From Candidatus Hydrogenedentota bacterium (GTDB lineage Bacteria; Hydrogenedentota; Hydrogenedentia; Hydrogenedentales; SLHB01), in assembly GCA_963745075.1 (NCBI GenBank), contig CAVUWV010000010.1, positions 239,544 through 303,543 of the forward strand: a DNA stretch of 64,000 nt. The letters run 5' to 3'. Shown one piece after another: positions 36,657-47,230 of the stretch (position 1 is the stretch's first letter; each line of letters begins with the position of its first letter). The notes under the pieces are model-generated. The model had not been told where the DNA came from. It made no database searches and worked only from the letters and a program-made list of their open reading frames with translations. A program made the translations under genes and the position numbers.

Positions 36657-39143
36657 GTGGAGCAGACCAATCGACCGTCGGAATCGCGCTCGTACGCCGA
36701 GGCGCTTCAACAGCTTTCCGTGCGATACGAACAGCTCGTTCGAAGCATCTCCATCCTCCACGAAATCGACGAAATCGACGACCCCGGTTTGGAAGTTTCG
36801 GAGATTTGCACGCGACTCGTAGACGCGCTGGCCGCGGGTCTCGCCGCCGAGAATTGTTCCTTGACCATGTTGGACGAGCGAGGAGAATTTCTGGAACTAC
36901 GTGCCGCTTCCAGTCCCTTTGAGAATGTGAGCAAGTATTTTGGTTCCGGCGAATGGCACGGCAAAAAGTTTCGGACGGACGAGGGCATCATCGGGAAAAC
37001 CGTTCAGACCGGCCAACCGATCCGCATTGAAGACGTAACCCAGCACCAGGCGTTCGTTCAGGTCAAAGGCAGCCCCGTGGAATTGCGTTCGCTGATGTGC
37101 TTTCCCATCCGCCTCGCGGGCAAGACCGTCGGCGCAATGAGTTTGAGTCACTCCTCTCCGGGTTTTTTCACCTTGGAAAGTGAGAAGACCATGGAACTCG
37201 TGGCGGATCGCGCTGGACGGCTGTTGACCGGTCACATGCTGCGCGAGCGCCTGCGGGACGCAGAACAACACTATCGGCTCCTGATGAGAGACGCCGCCGA
37301 CGCCATTCTGGTCTTCGGGATCAAGGGGGACGTGGTTAGCGCGAATCCCGCCGTCGAAGCGATTACCGGTGTTGCCGTCGACGACCTTATTGCCGGCACG
37401 ACAACGTGGGATTCGGGCGTTCATGAGGAAGACCTTCCCAAGTTCAACGAATATCGCGAACGCATTCTCACCTCGGAGGAGACAGTCGCAGTCGATTACC
37501 GGTATCGCGACGCTTCCGATGCCATCCACTATCTGGAAGAGCGCGGCTCCACCATGCGCGATGCCAAAGGCAACTGCACCGGAATTATCTCGGTCATTCG
37601 CGACGAGACGGAGCGTAAACTCGCCGACCGCGAACACCGCCGGCTCGCCACGGCGATCGAGCAAGCCGCTGAGAGCATCGTAATCACGAACACAGACGGA
37701 CTTATCGAGTACGTCAATCCGGCCTTCGAACGAATCACCGGCTACACACGCGACGAGGCGATTGGGCAGAACTCCCGAATTCTGAAGAGCGGTCGACAAG
37801 AACGTTCCGTTTATGAAAGCCTCTGGGAAACCATCATGCGCGGCGACGTCTGGACCGGCCGGCTGGTTAACAAGAAGAAAGACGGCACCCACTACACCGA
37901 AGACCTCGTAATCTCCCCGGTCCGCGACGAAGTCGGGACCATCACGCATTTCGTAGCGGTCAAACGGGATGTCACGCAGGAAGTCAACCTCGAGAACCAG
38001 CTCCAACAGGCCCACAAGATGGAAGCGGTCGGCCAGCTCGCCGGTGGGGTGGCGCATGACTTCAATAACCTCCTCCAGGCCATCAGTGGCTACGCGCAGT
38101 TAGCCATGTCCTATATCGACACGGGCAGCGAGAGCCAGCGATTCTTGAAGGAGGTGCTGGACGCCTCGGAACGCGCCGGCGGCTTGACCCGGCAATTGCT
38201 CGCATTCAGCCGCCGGGAAGCGCTCCAACCCAAGGACATCAACCTTAATACGGTCATCACCGACATGACCACGATGCTGCGTCGCATCATTGGTGAACAT
38301 ATCGATCTTCAGTTGGAAAGCGCTTCCGACCTCAAGACCGTCTGTGCCGACGCCGGCCAGATTGGGCAAGTCATCATCAATCTATGTGTGAACGCGCGGG
38401 ATGCCATGCCCGGCGGCGGTAAAATCGTCATCGAAACGCGAAACATGCGCGTGGACTCCGCCTTTACCCGCCTTCACCGCTGGGCTCGCGAGGGCGAACA
38501 GTACGTCCTCGTATCCGTCTCCGACACGGGCCAGGGGATGCCGCAACACATTCAAGCCCGCATCTTCGACCCCTTCTACACGACCAAGGATGTCGGCAAG
38601 GGAAGCGGGATGGGGCTTGCCATCGTCTACGGCATCATCAAGCAGCACGACGGCATGATTACCGTCTACAGTGAGGAGGAGAAAGGCACCGTCTTCCGTG
38701 TGTATCTCCCCGCCGTGGATCGCCTGCCGGCCGAAGATGACAAGGCTCGAGACGCCGACGCGCCCCGGGGACGCGGTGAAACCGTTCTGGTTGCCGAAGA
38801 CGACAACAGCGTACGAAACTTGGCCACACACATCCTGACCATGGCCGGGTATCAGGTCCTCATCGCGCGCAACGGGGAAGAGGCCATTTCGGTTTTCGAT
38901 AACCATTCCGACGGGATCGATCTGGCCGTGCTCGATGTCGTCATGCCGAAACGCAGCGGCCGCGACGTGTACGACCACATCCGCGCACGCTTTCCCGATT
39001 TACCCATCGTTTTCAGTAGCGGGTACAGTCTCAGCGTCCTGGACAACAAGTTCATCGAGAAGTCCAACGCCCACACGATCGAGAAGCCCTACAGCCAAAA
39101 GGCGCTTCTGGAGATCGTCCGTTCCGCACTCGGCAAAGGTTAG
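36657..39143 (+). CDS. hybrid sensor histidine kinase (GAF - PAS - PAS - HisKA - HATPase_c - receiver)
   Basis: H-box VAHDFNNLLQAI, N-box NLCVNARDAM, G-boxes DTGQGM and GSGMGLAIV. The receiver has VLVAEDD...DLAVLDVVMP. A GTG start at 36657 avoids overlap with the HDOD gene. Confidence 0.9.
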   Translation: MEQTNRPSESRSYAEALQQLSVRYEQLVRSISILHEIDEIDDPGLEVSEICTRLVDALAAGLAAENCSLTMLDERGEFLELRAASSPFENVSKYFGSGEWHGKKFRTDEGIIGKTVQTGQPIRIEDVTQHQAFVQVKGSPVELRSLMCFPIRLAGKTVGAMSLSHSSPGFFTLESEKTMELVADRAGRLLTGHMLRERLRDAEQHYRLLMRDAADAILVFGIKGDVVSANPAVEAITGVAVDDLIAGTTTWDSGVHEEDLPKFNEYRERILTSEETVAVDYRYRDASDAIHYLEERGSTMRDAKGNCTGIISVIRDETERKLADREHRRLATAIEQAAESIVITNTDGLIEYVNPAFERITGYTRDEAIGQNSRILKSGRQERSVYESLWETIMRGDVWTGRLVNKKKDGTHYTEDLVISPVRDEVGTITHFVAVKRDVTQEVNLENQLQQAHKMEAVGQLAGGVAHDFNNLLQAISGYAQLAMSYIDTGSESQRFLKEVLDASERAGGLTRQLLAFSRREALQPKDINLNTVITDMTTMLRRIIGEHIDLQLESASDLKTVCADAGQIGQVIINLCVNARDAMPGGGKIVIETRNMRVDSAFTRLHRWAREGEQYVLVSVSDTGQGMPQHIQARIFDPFYTTKDVGKGSGMGLAIVYGIIKQHDGMITVYSEEEKGTVFRVYLPAVDRLPAEDDKARDADAPRGRGETVLVAEDDNSVRNLATHILTMAGYQVLIARNGEEAISVFDNHSDGIDLAVLDVVMPKRSGRDVYDHIRARFPDLPIVFSSGYSLSVLDNKFIEKSNAHTIEKPYSQKALLEIVRSALGKG

Positions 39144-39198
39144 TCGGGAACCGAGCGCCGCTGCACTGTCTTGGCCTCAACGAGACGAAAAAAGAGAA

Positions 39199-39228
39199 CG
39201 GGAGAAGACCCCGTCGGGTCTTCTCCCG
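39199..39228. terminator. bidirectional stem-loop terminator between convergent genes
   Basis: CGGGAGAAGACC-ccgtcg-GGTCTTCTCCCG (12-bp stem), preceded by an A-tract and followed by TT. Confidence 0.7.
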
Positions 39229-39300
39229 TTATGCGTTCGATGCACTGCATTACCGACTCGCGCCAATCGCGGCGGGAAGCGGGCGCGTTGCCGGCGCGTA

Positions 39301-40116
39301 TTACGCCTTAGTGCGCTTGGCGCGACGCAAGAACAGCCCCGCCAGTCCCAGTCCCATCAGCGACAGCGTCGTGGGTTCGGGAACAATCGTTTCACTGCCG
39401 CTCAACACGGCCCATTCCTCGAAACCGTCGGAGGTGTTATAGTTGCCATTCGGTAATCCCATGCCCGGATCCACACCCAAACCGCCGAAATGTGAGTACA
39501 GCGTGATCACGGCGGAGTCTTGATAAGCCGCGAACGACGAATTAGGAATGTACAGGAACATGTCTCCCGAACCGCTACCCGTATTCAAGGCATAATTCAG
39601 ACCAACGGCGCTGTCGCCGCCGGCGTCCATGCGATACACCAAGGTTCCGTCGTGGTCAAGAACACCACCCGTGAAGCTGGTTACGTTGCTGTTCGCCGTG
39701 CCGCCGACAAAGAGTTGGACTTCGTCGAGCGACAAATACTGGTCCAACGACGCATTGTTGTTCTCGTTGATATCCAACAAGAACTGGCGATAGAACGTGC
39801 CGCCGACGTCGACGACCGGAACGTCCCCCAGCGTAATTGAGTGATTGAAGTTGTCCGCTGAGCCGTTGTCGAACACGTTGTTTACTGTCGTATTATACGC
39901 TTGGCTCTGCGTACTGTTGGTGGACACCTGCTCGAACGAGTCGATCACGCCCGTACCGGTCGACTGAGGGTTGATTTGCTGGTAAATTGCTCCATTGATT
40001 GTCCCACTCGCCCCTGCCGTCGTGAGATTGACAATGGTAGCCCCTGCGGACTGAGCCGCAATGGCCATGAGCACCACTAACGTGCTCTGCACCAGTAATT
40101 TCCATTTCCCCGCCAT
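39301..40116 (-). CDS. PEP-CTERM sorting-domain protein
   Basis: Signal MAGKWKLLVQSTLVVLMAIAAQSAGA. C-terminus VPEPTTLSLMGLGLAGLFLRRAKRTKA. RBS AAGGAG. Confidence 0.85.
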   Translation of the reverse strand: MAGKWKLLVQSTLVVLMAIAAQSAGATIVNLTTAGASGTINGAIYQQINPQSTGTGVIDSFEQVSTNSTQSQAYNTTVNNVFDNGSADNFNHSITLGDVPVVDVGGTFYRQFLLDINENNNASLDQYLSLDEVQLFVGGTANSNVTSFTGGVLDHDGTLVYRMDAGGDSAVGLNYALNTGSGSGDMFLYIPNSSFAAYQDSAVITLYSHFGGLGVDPGMGLPNGNYNTSDGFEEWAVLSGSETIVPEPTTLSLMGLGLAGLFLRRAKRTKA

Positions 40117-40405
40117 ATTCCATCTCCTTAAGATTTAACATTTCCATAACTTTACGCAGCCGGCAGTAATATAAGCAATTAGTGGGCCAAGTGCGTTCGA
40201 GCGACATGGTTTGCGGGTATCTCGTTGAATTCTGTGGCTTGTTGTCACTCGCAAGTCTTTGGAAATAAATGCGTTGTTTGGACTCGGCATCGAACCGGTG
40301 ACCGGCAATCTCAAAACCCGGTTCACGGGAACTTCAATGACCTCTCGGTTGGACGGTATCAAGGATTCGCGGAAATGAATAATAGTTGTGCATAGGTGAC
40401 CAATA

Positions 40406-40434
40406 ATTGCAAACCTTAGTTAATCAATTGTCAA
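40406..40434 (-). promoter_or_regulatory. candidate sigma70-type promoter in AT-rich region upstream of the PEP-CTERM gene
   Basis: The minus strand reads TTGACA-17 nt-TGCAAT. It lies ~290 nt upstream of the ATG at 40116, implying a long leader. Confidence 0.3.
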
Positions 40435-40652
40435 TACCAGCTTTCCTCCGTCAATGTGCGAATTCTTCCGTGGGCACGCTATGCGATGACTCGCAGTCGC
40501 TTCCTCGCGCACGGCCATTAATGGTCACGAGTGACCAACCGTATGCGCTCGGTAAACTGCTCCGGCGCTGGATCGGGTTCGAGGCTGTATGGCGGGCGAC
40601 CACGAAAATAACTTCTGTCGAGCGGGAAGGTTTGCGGCCGTTTTGGTCCGTC

Positions 40653-42209
40653 TTACCGGATTCGCCGAAAGATGCTCCGCGCATTGTTTCCACAAATCCG
40701 CCGTTTCTCTTCGTCCGCGATATCGGCGAGCGTCACGCGTCCCAGTTCCCACGCGAAGTCGAACATGGGGAAATCCGACCCGTAGAGAATCTTGTCCGCG
40801 CCCACGAAATCGATGAGCTTCCGCAGCGCCCCCCGGTGCGCCGCCGAACCCGAGAGATCTACGTACAGATTGGGCGTCGTCTGCACGCGCGCGTACAACG
40901 CCCGGCCATCCGCGCTGTCCCCGTTCCACAAGCATGCGTGCGCCATGATGAAGTTGGCGTTCGGGTACTGGAGGCAGATGCCGTCCCAGTCGTCCATCCC
41001 CCCGCCGTGAACCAGCACGGGCAAATCGTTTTCGTTGGCAAAGGCCAGGCATTTCGCGTAGCCCTTTTCGTGCAACTGTGCGCCGTGGAGATAACAATGA
41101 AGCTTGAGCCCGACGAAGTTCGAGCCGTCCCGCAGGTAACGTGTCACGTCCGCGAGGCTACCTTGTGGATCGTTCGGGTTCACGACGACGTATCCGTACA
41201 ACCGCTCGGGATACTCCGCAACCCAATTCGCCGTTTCCTGGTTGCCGGCGCGCGTCTCTCCGTGAATGGCCGCGAAACTGCTCATGACAAATTTGTCGAT
41301 TCCGCAACGGTCCATGGACCGCAGGAAGGCCTCGGGACTCTTCAACGGCGTCGTCGTCCGTTCCCACGACCCGCAATGACCGTGCACGTCGATGACGGGT
41401 ACAGCAGACTTGATCGCGTCGACCGCAAGGGAAGGGCAGGTATCTTCGACCGGTTCGACATTCAGAATCCGCCGTGCATTACCGCTCGCCATCAACGCCA
41501 ACGCCGTCGGCTCGATACTCGCGGCGAGAGTCTGAGCGGTCACACATTCCGCGGCCCGCCGGGGCAATCCCGATCCGAAGAGAAATTGTTCGGCGAATCC
41601 GAATTGTGCCGTTTGCTCGAAGAAGTCGGGGGGGAGGAACGCGCTATATTCGAAGTAAACATTCGGCGTGGAATAAAGCAGACCTTCAACCGCCCGCGCA
41701 TCGCCGACCGTAACGCCGGGCACGACGATATTGAGTTGGGGATAGCGTTCGGCCAGGGATTGAATGGTTCCCCATGGGATGACGTTCTGCGACCAATGTC
41801 GAATCCCGTAATCCAGTAGCAGCGGCATGCCCGCGCTTTCCAGCTCCTCAAAAAGCTGGCCCACGCACCAATCTTCCAAGGGATAGAGGCTGTGCAGCGG
41901 CACCATCCGTGCGGCATGGACCCCGCGCTCCCGGGCCGTCGCCACCCAAGACTCGGCGTCCGGTAAATCCCCCAGGTACGAGGGCGCCATGACCCAACAA
42001 GGATAGAGATTGTCATGATGTGCCAACGCCTCGAGCAACAACTCGTTGCCCATCATGACGTCGCCTTCCGCTGCCAGCGCGTGATAGACCAGCGCCTCGC
42101 CGATTCCCAGGCGTTTCAATTCCGCCTGCAACGCGTCCGCGTCATCGAACGAGCCGCCTACCGGTTGCGCGAACCGCCCCAACGCCACGTTCATGTCGAG
42201 AAAAGCCAT
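40653..42209 (-). CDS. amidohydrolase-2 (TIM-barrel metal-dependent hydrolase) family protein, apparently two tandem domains
   Basis: 518 aa. VIDVHGHCGSW, LPVLVHGG, ILYGSDFP, plus an N-terminal half with similar architecture. Strong RBS AAGGAGGA. Confidence 0.75.
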   Translation of the reverse strand: MAFLDMNVALGRFAQPVGGSFDDADALQAELKRLGIGEALVYHALAAEGDVMMGNELLLEALAHHDNLYPCWVMAPSYLGDLPDAESWVATARERGVHAARMVPLHSLYPLEDWCVGQLFEELESAGMPLLLDYGIRHWSQNVIPWGTIQSLAERYPQLNIVVPGVTVGDARAVEGLLYSTPNVYFEYSAFLPPDFFEQTAQFGFAEQFLFGSGLPRRAAECVTAQTLAASIEPTALALMASGNARRILNVEPVEDTCPSLAVDAIKSAVPVIDVHGHCGSWERTTTPLKSPEAFLRSMDRCGIDKFVMSSFAAIHGETRAGNQETANWVAEYPERLYGYVVVNPNDPQGSLADVTRYLRDGSNFVGLKLHCYLHGAQLHEKGYAKCLAFANENDLPVLVHGGGMDDWDGICLQYPNANFIMAHACLWNGDSADGRALYARVQTTPNLYVDLSGSAAHRGALRKLIDFVGADKILYGSDFPMFDFAWELGRVTLADIADEEKRRICGNNARSIFRRIR

Positions 42210-42312
42210 AGTCCTCCTTCGTATTCGATTGGCGTCACTTACCCCAAAGGCTATCACGCACTCCAGAGTACCGGCAACTGCGCCTCCAAGCGCGCTCGCC
42301 AGTAGCTATTCG

Positions 42313-42360
42313 CGGATCGGACCGATCGGACGGATCGGTCCGATGGGTCCGATCCGGTCG
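42313..42360. repeat. REP-like repeat, family F (GGATCGGACCGATCGG units)
   Basis: CGGATCGGACCGATCGGACGGATCGGTCCGATGGGTCCGATCCGGTCG. A related copy lies at 48761-48785. Confidence 0.6.
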
Positions 42361-42561
42361 GCCGCCCGGGCTCATTGGCAATCCACCACTTGTCGTGATC
42401 TATAATCCATTTCCGAGTGTCGGCTGTGTGCGAACGCCGGTGCTCACGTTCGGGCACGATAACCATCGAAGTGCATTTCCGTGACTCTTCCTGGTTAGAA
42501 CCACCGGATTCCCGTTCCCTACTTTCTGCGTGAACGGGGACCGCTAGAAGGAGAGGAAGCA

Positions 42562-43902
42562 ATGGCCAACGAATCTCATCCTGGTGGCGCCGTCCGCGGC
42601 ACCGTGAGTCGCCGCCAATTCCTGAAGCGTGGCGCGGCTGGCGCGGCCGCTGTGGCTGCGTTGCCCAACATCATTACGTCCAAAGCTCTGGGTGCGGAAG
42701 GTGCAACGCCCGCGAGCGACCGCCTCGTCCTGGGCATGATCGGGATGGGCAAGATGATGGGGGGCCACGTCGGCAGCTTCCTCGGCACGCCGAGCTGTCA
42801 GATTGCGGCTATCTGCGACGTGGAGACGCGCCGCCTGGACGCCAACAAGGCACGCATCGAAGAGTCGTACGCACAGCGTGACGGTCAGGGTTCCTACAAG
42901 GGCTGCGACGTATACGGCGACTTCCGCGAACTGCTCGCGCGCGACGATATCGACGCGGTCGTTGTCGCAACCCCCGAGCATTGGCACGCGCTGATTGTGG
43001 TCCAGGCCGCGAAGGCCGGTAAGGATATCTATTGCGAAAAGCCCCTTTCCCACACGATTCACGAGGCCCGCGCCATGGTCAACGCGGTCCGGCGGTATGG
43101 CCGCGTCTTTCAGACCGGCAGCCAGCAGCGGTCCAGCCGCGAATTCCGTGTCGCATGCGAACTGGTGCAAAACGGCCACATCGGGAAGATCCAGACGGTC
43201 CACGTCAATGTGGGGGGGCCGCCTGTCGACTGCTACCTCCCACCCGAACCGACGCCGGAAACCCTGAACTGGGACATGTGGCTGGGACCCGCGCCGTATC
43301 GTCCCTATAACTCCGACATCGCGCCGCCGATGGAGTTCGAGGGCTGGCCGAACTGGCGCGCGTACCGCGACTATTCCGGCGGCATGATGTGCGACTGGGG
43401 CGCGCACCACTTCGATATCGCCCAGTGGGGCCTCGGCATGGACGGCACCGGGCCGGTCGAAATCTACCCACCCGGCACCGGCGGCTACGACCTGCTTACC
43501 TACAAATACGCCAACGGCGTCGTCATGCAGCACGGTGGCGGCACGGGCGGCCGCGCGGGAGTCGAGTTCATCGGCACCGACGGACGGGTGATGGTCAACC
43601 GCGGATACATCGAAACCGATCCGCCGTCCATTCTTGAAACGCCGCTCAAACCCGACGACATTCACCTCTATCACAGCGACAACCATCACGATAATTGGCT
43701 GCAATGCATTCGCACGCGCAACAAGCCGATCTGCGACGTGGCCATCGGATGCAGTTCCATCATCGTCTGTCACTTGGGCAATACCGCATATCGCCTCAAA
43801 CGTCCGCTGAAATGGGATCCCGATGCAGAGCACTACGTGGACGATGACGAGGCCAATCGCACGCTGAAGCGGCCCATGCGCAGCCCCTGGACCTTGGCAT
43901 GA
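42562..43902 (+). CDS. Gfo/Idh/MocA-family oxidoreductase with TAT signal
   Basis: Twin-arginine SRRQFLKRGAAGAAAVAA. Rossmann GMIGMGKMMGGH. EKP motif YCEKPLSHT. Confidence 0.9.
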   Translation: MANESHPGGAVRGTVSRRQFLKRGAAGAAAVAALPNIITSKALGAEGATPASDRLVLGMIGMGKMMGGHVGSFLGTPSCQIAAICDVETRRLDANKARIEESYAQRDGQGSYKGCDVYGDFRELLARDDIDAVVVATPEHWHALIVVQAAKAGKDIYCEKPLSHTIHEARAMVNAVRRYGRVFQTGSQQRSSREFRVACELVQNGHIGKIQTVHVNVGGPPVDCYLPPEPTPETLNWDMWLGPAPYRPYNSDIAPPMEFEGWPNWRAYRDYSGGMMCDWGAHHFDIAQWGLGMDGTGPVEIYPPGTGGYDLLTYKYANGVVMQHGGGTGGRAGVEFIGTDGRVMVNRGYIETDPPSILETPLKPDDIHLYHSDNHHDNWLQCIRTRNKPICDVAIGCSSIIVCHLGNTAYRLKRPLKWDPDAEHYVDDDEANRTLKRPMRSPWTLA

Positions 43903-44006
43903 GTACGGCACAAGGTAAGCAGAACGGGACTGACATCGTCTTTCGCGGAGGCTTTGCGGAACGAAACACGGTGTCTTTCCCTTGCTTCATATCGAAGGAG
44001 AATGTC

Positions 44007-47000
44007 ATGAAACGCGGAGTTTCCCTCATTGCCTGTTTGTTTGTGGCGGCCGGCCTCTTCGCCGGGGTCGCCGGTGCACAAACACCTGAACAGATCGATA
44101 ACGTGAAGAAGGCCTTGCCGGCCAAGCCAACGGTCGAACCGGCGAAACCGCGCACGCTGCTGATCTTCACGCTCTGCAAGGGGTTCGTACACAGTTCGAT
44201 CCCGCTCGGCGCGGAGACGTTCAGGCTGATGGGCGAGAAGACCGGCGCTTACACCGCTACCGTCAGCGACGACGTATCCATGTTTGCGCCCGATAAGCTC
44301 AATGATTTCGATGCCGTCTGCATGATGAACACGACGGGCGAGTTGTTCGAAGACCCCGCCCTGAAGCAGAGCCTTCTCGATTTCGTGAAAGGCGGCAAAG
44401 GCATCATCGGGATTCATGCCGCCACCGACTGCTCGTATCAATGGCCGGAGTACGGCGAAATGATGGGCGGTTACTTCGACGGGCATCCCTGGGGCGCCGG
44501 CGACACCGTGACGCTCAAGATCGACGATCCCCTTAACCCCGTCTGCGCCGCGTTTCATGGACACGGCCTCAGCATCCAGGACGAGATTTATCAGTTCAAG
44601 GATCCCTATTCGCGCGACGCGTTGCGCGTACTCGTCAGCATCGATACCGACAAGACCGACATGAACAAGAATGGGATCAAGCGCACCGATGCCGATTTTG
44701 CCGTGTCGTGGATACACAAATACGGCGAAGGCCGGGTCTTCTACTGTTCCCTCGGTCACAACGATGCGGTTTTTTGGAATCCCGTAGTCTTGCAGCATTA
44801 TCTCGACGGGATTCAGTTCGCCCTCGGCGATTTGCAGGCCGATGCCACACCCAGCGCGCAGCTTCCCGCTAGCTACTTTGCGGATGCCGAATCCAAAGCG
44901 ATGGACGGAATTTTTGCGGATATCGCCCAGTGGGAACCTGGCAAAGACCCTTCCGCGCTCGAACTCATTACCGACAAGGTGGTGAAATCGCACGGCGATG
45001 AGGGCACGCGGGACGCGCTCGAACGCCGGTTGGATAATATCCTCCGGTCCGGCGACGCGACCTTCTACGGCAAGGAATACGCGGCCAAGCAGCTCTACCT
45101 CATGGGCACCCGCGATTCGATCTCCGTGCTCGCGCAACTCCTGCTCGATCCTGAGCAGTCCGACGACGCGCGTTATGCCCTCCAACAGATGGAACCGGGC
45201 CGGGCCGATGTCGCGCTGCACGATGCACTGCAAAACACGAGCGGCCCGGTGCGCATCGGCATCATCAACACCATTGGCGAACGGGGCAGCCCTCGCTCCG
45301 TCGACGATCTTTCGCGGTTCGCGGCCAGCGAAGACCTTGACACCGCGCGCGCGGCCATTCGCGCCCTCGGCAAGATCGGCGGTCAGAGCGCCGTGGATGT
45401 CTTGACCCGCACGCAGGCGACCGTATCCGGACCGCTCGCGGTTGCGGTGGATGACGCCCTGCTCGAATGTGCCGATGCATTCGTGGCAAACGGGGACAAC
45501 GAGTCGGCGGTCAAGATCTACTCGCTGATGTATGCCGCAGACGCGCCGGCGGTCGTGCGGCTTGCCGCATTGCAGGGGATGACTCGGGCGAAAGGGGAAC
45601 AGGCCATCCCGACAATTATTGACGCGCTGTCCGGTACGGACGCCGACATCAAGTCAAGCGCCGCCTTCGCCGCGCAAGAGGTTTCCGGTGATAGCGCAAC
45701 CAAACAACTCGCCGACGCCCTTGCGGGTCTTCCCGCCGACGGCAAGATCCTCTTGATTCTTGCCTTGAAAGCCCGTGGCGACGCCACGGCATTGGACGCC
45801 GTCACGGCGGAACTCGACAGTGACGCCGCCGCCGTGCGAATCGCCGCGCTCGAAGCCCTGGCCGTCCTCGGCAACGATTCGTCAGTCGACCGGTTGGCGA
45901 ACATAGCGGCGTCGGCGTCCGACGCAGAACAGCGAGCCGCCCGTCACGCGCTGGCGCTGCTGCGCGGTGCCGGTATCAACGGCGCTATCGTAACGGCCCT
46001 GAACACCGGCAACGACGGCGTTCGCGCCGAACTGGCCCGCGCTCTTGGGGCCCGCTATGCCGAGGACGCTATCCCAACCTTGTTGAAAGCGGCTACCGAC
46101 GAAAACGAAGCCGTTCGTACGCAAGCCTTCACGTCGTTGGGCGTGGTGGCCACCGCCGAACAGCTTCCCCAACTCGTGGACCTGCTCGCGAAGGAAAGCT
46201 CCGACGGCCCACGGGCCGAAGCGGAGCGCGCTACCATCGCCGCCCTGGGCCGCGGCGGAGAGCCTGCCGCGATGGCAGCGACCGTGCTGAATGCCTACGC
46301 CCAAGCTATGGACAACGTCCCCGTGCAGGCCTCGTTGATCCGCGTGCTCGGCCACATCGTCGATGACGCATCACTTCGTGCTTTGCAGGACGCCACGCGG
46401 TCTCGCAATCTCGACGTGCAGATGGCGGCGGCCCGCGCCCTCTCCGATTGGCCCGCGATTGCGCCGGCCGCCGACCTCCTGGACTTGGTCAAGACTACCA
46501 AGGACGGTGGTCTCGCGGACACCGCGCTCCGCGGCTATCTGAAGCTCGTGGAGCAGCCATCCGACAAATCCTCGGCAGATACGGTGAAGTTCTACCAGGA
46601 CGCCTTCGCCGCAGCTCCCAGCGCGGACGCCAAGAAACTGGTTCTTGCGAGCGTCGGCCGCCAGACGGACGGCGGGCTCGTCAAACTCGTCGCGGAATAC
46701 ATGAACGATCCCGATGTGAAGGAAGAGGCCGCCGCCGCCATGAACAAGCTCCAGCAGGCGGCTTACGTTCCCACCGCGTCGAGCAACAACGATGAAGCCC
46801 GGAAAGCGCTGGACGGTGACCCCGCGACCCGATGGACGACCGGTACGGCCCAGAAACCGGGGCAGTGGTACATGGTTGACGTTGGGTGGGAAGGCACCAT
46901 CAGCAAGGTGACGTTGGATGCCGCGCCGTCGTCGGGCGATTATCCGCGCGGCTATGAAGTGTACGTGTCGGCCGACGGCCAGAACTGGGGCGAGCCGGTA

Positions 47001-47138
47001 GCCAAAGGCGCCGGCACCCAGGCGAAGACCGAGATCGCCTTCCTGCCTACCAAGGGCCGCTACGTGAAGATCGTGCAGACTGGTTCGACCGACGGCCTGT
47101 TCTGGTCCATCCACGAAATGAGCATCGATATCGAATAG
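44007..47138 (+). CDS. ThuA-like domain - HEAT repeats - F5/8 type C (discoidin) fusion protein
   Basis: RBS GAAGGAG, signal MKRGVSLIACLFVAAGLFAGVAGA. ThuA blocks LLIFTLCKGFVHSSIP and GIIGIHAATD, a long HEAT array, and C-terminal DGDPATRWTTG...YVSADGQNWG. Confidence 0.85.
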   Translation: MKRGVSLIACLFVAAGLFAGVAGAQTPEQIDNVKKALPAKPTVEPAKPRTLLIFTLCKGFVHSSIPLGAETFRLMGEKTGAYTATVSDDVSMFAPDKLNDFDAVCMMNTTGELFEDPALKQSLLDFVKGGKGIIGIHAATDCSYQWPEYGEMMGGYFDGHPWGAGDTVTLKIDDPLNPVCAAFHGHGLSIQDEIYQFKDPYSRDALRVLVSIDTDKTDMNKNGIKRTDADFAVSWIHKYGEGRVFYCSLGHNDAVFWNPVVLQHYLDGIQFALGDLQADATPSAQLPASYFADAESKAMDGIFADIAQWEPGKDPSALELITDKVVKSHGDEGTRDALERRLDNILRSGDATFYGKEYAAKQLYLMGTRDSISVLAQLLLDPEQSDDARYALQQMEPGRADVALHDALQNTSGPVRIGIINTIGERGSPRSVDDLSRFAASEDLDTARAAIRALGKIGGQSAVDVLTRTQATVSGPLAVAVDDALLECADAFVANGDNESAVKIYSLMYAADAPAVVRLAALQGMTRAKGEQAIPTIIDALSGTDADIKSSAAFAAQEVSGDSATKQLADALAGLPADGKILLILALKARGDATALDAVTAELDSDAAAVRIAALEALAVLGNDSSVDRLANIAASASDAEQRAARHALALLRGAGINGAIVTALNTGNDGVRAELARALGARYAEDAIPTLLKAATDENEAVRTQAFTSLGVVATAEQLPQLVDLLAKESSDGPRAEAERATIAALGRGGEPAAMAATVLNAYAQAMDNVPVQASLIRVLGHIVDDASLRALQDATRSRNLDVQMAAARALSDWPAIAPAADLLDLVKTTKDGGLADTALRGYLKLVEQPSDKSSADTVKFYQDAFAAAPSADAKKLVLASVGRQTDGGLVKLVAEYMNDPDVKEEAAAAMNKLQQAAYVPTASSNNDEARKALDGDPATRWTTGTAQKPGQWYMVDVGWEGTISKVTLDAAPSSGDYPRGYEVYVSADGQNWGEPVAKGAGTQAKTEIAFLPTKGRYVKIVQTGSTDGLFWSIHEMSIDIE

Positions 47139-47160
47139 GTGGAACAGCGCATATCGGGCG

Positions 47161-47193
47161 TCCTTGTTGTCCCTGATGTCTCTGCTGTCCTTG
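47161..47193. repeat. solo arm of family D repeat
   Basis: TCCTTGTTGTCCCTGATGTCTCTGCTGTCCTTG resembles the 6469-6503 arm. Confidence 0.55.
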
Positions 47194-47230
47194 ATTACAT
47201 AGCGGCCAACTCAATGGCGAAGGAGTACCT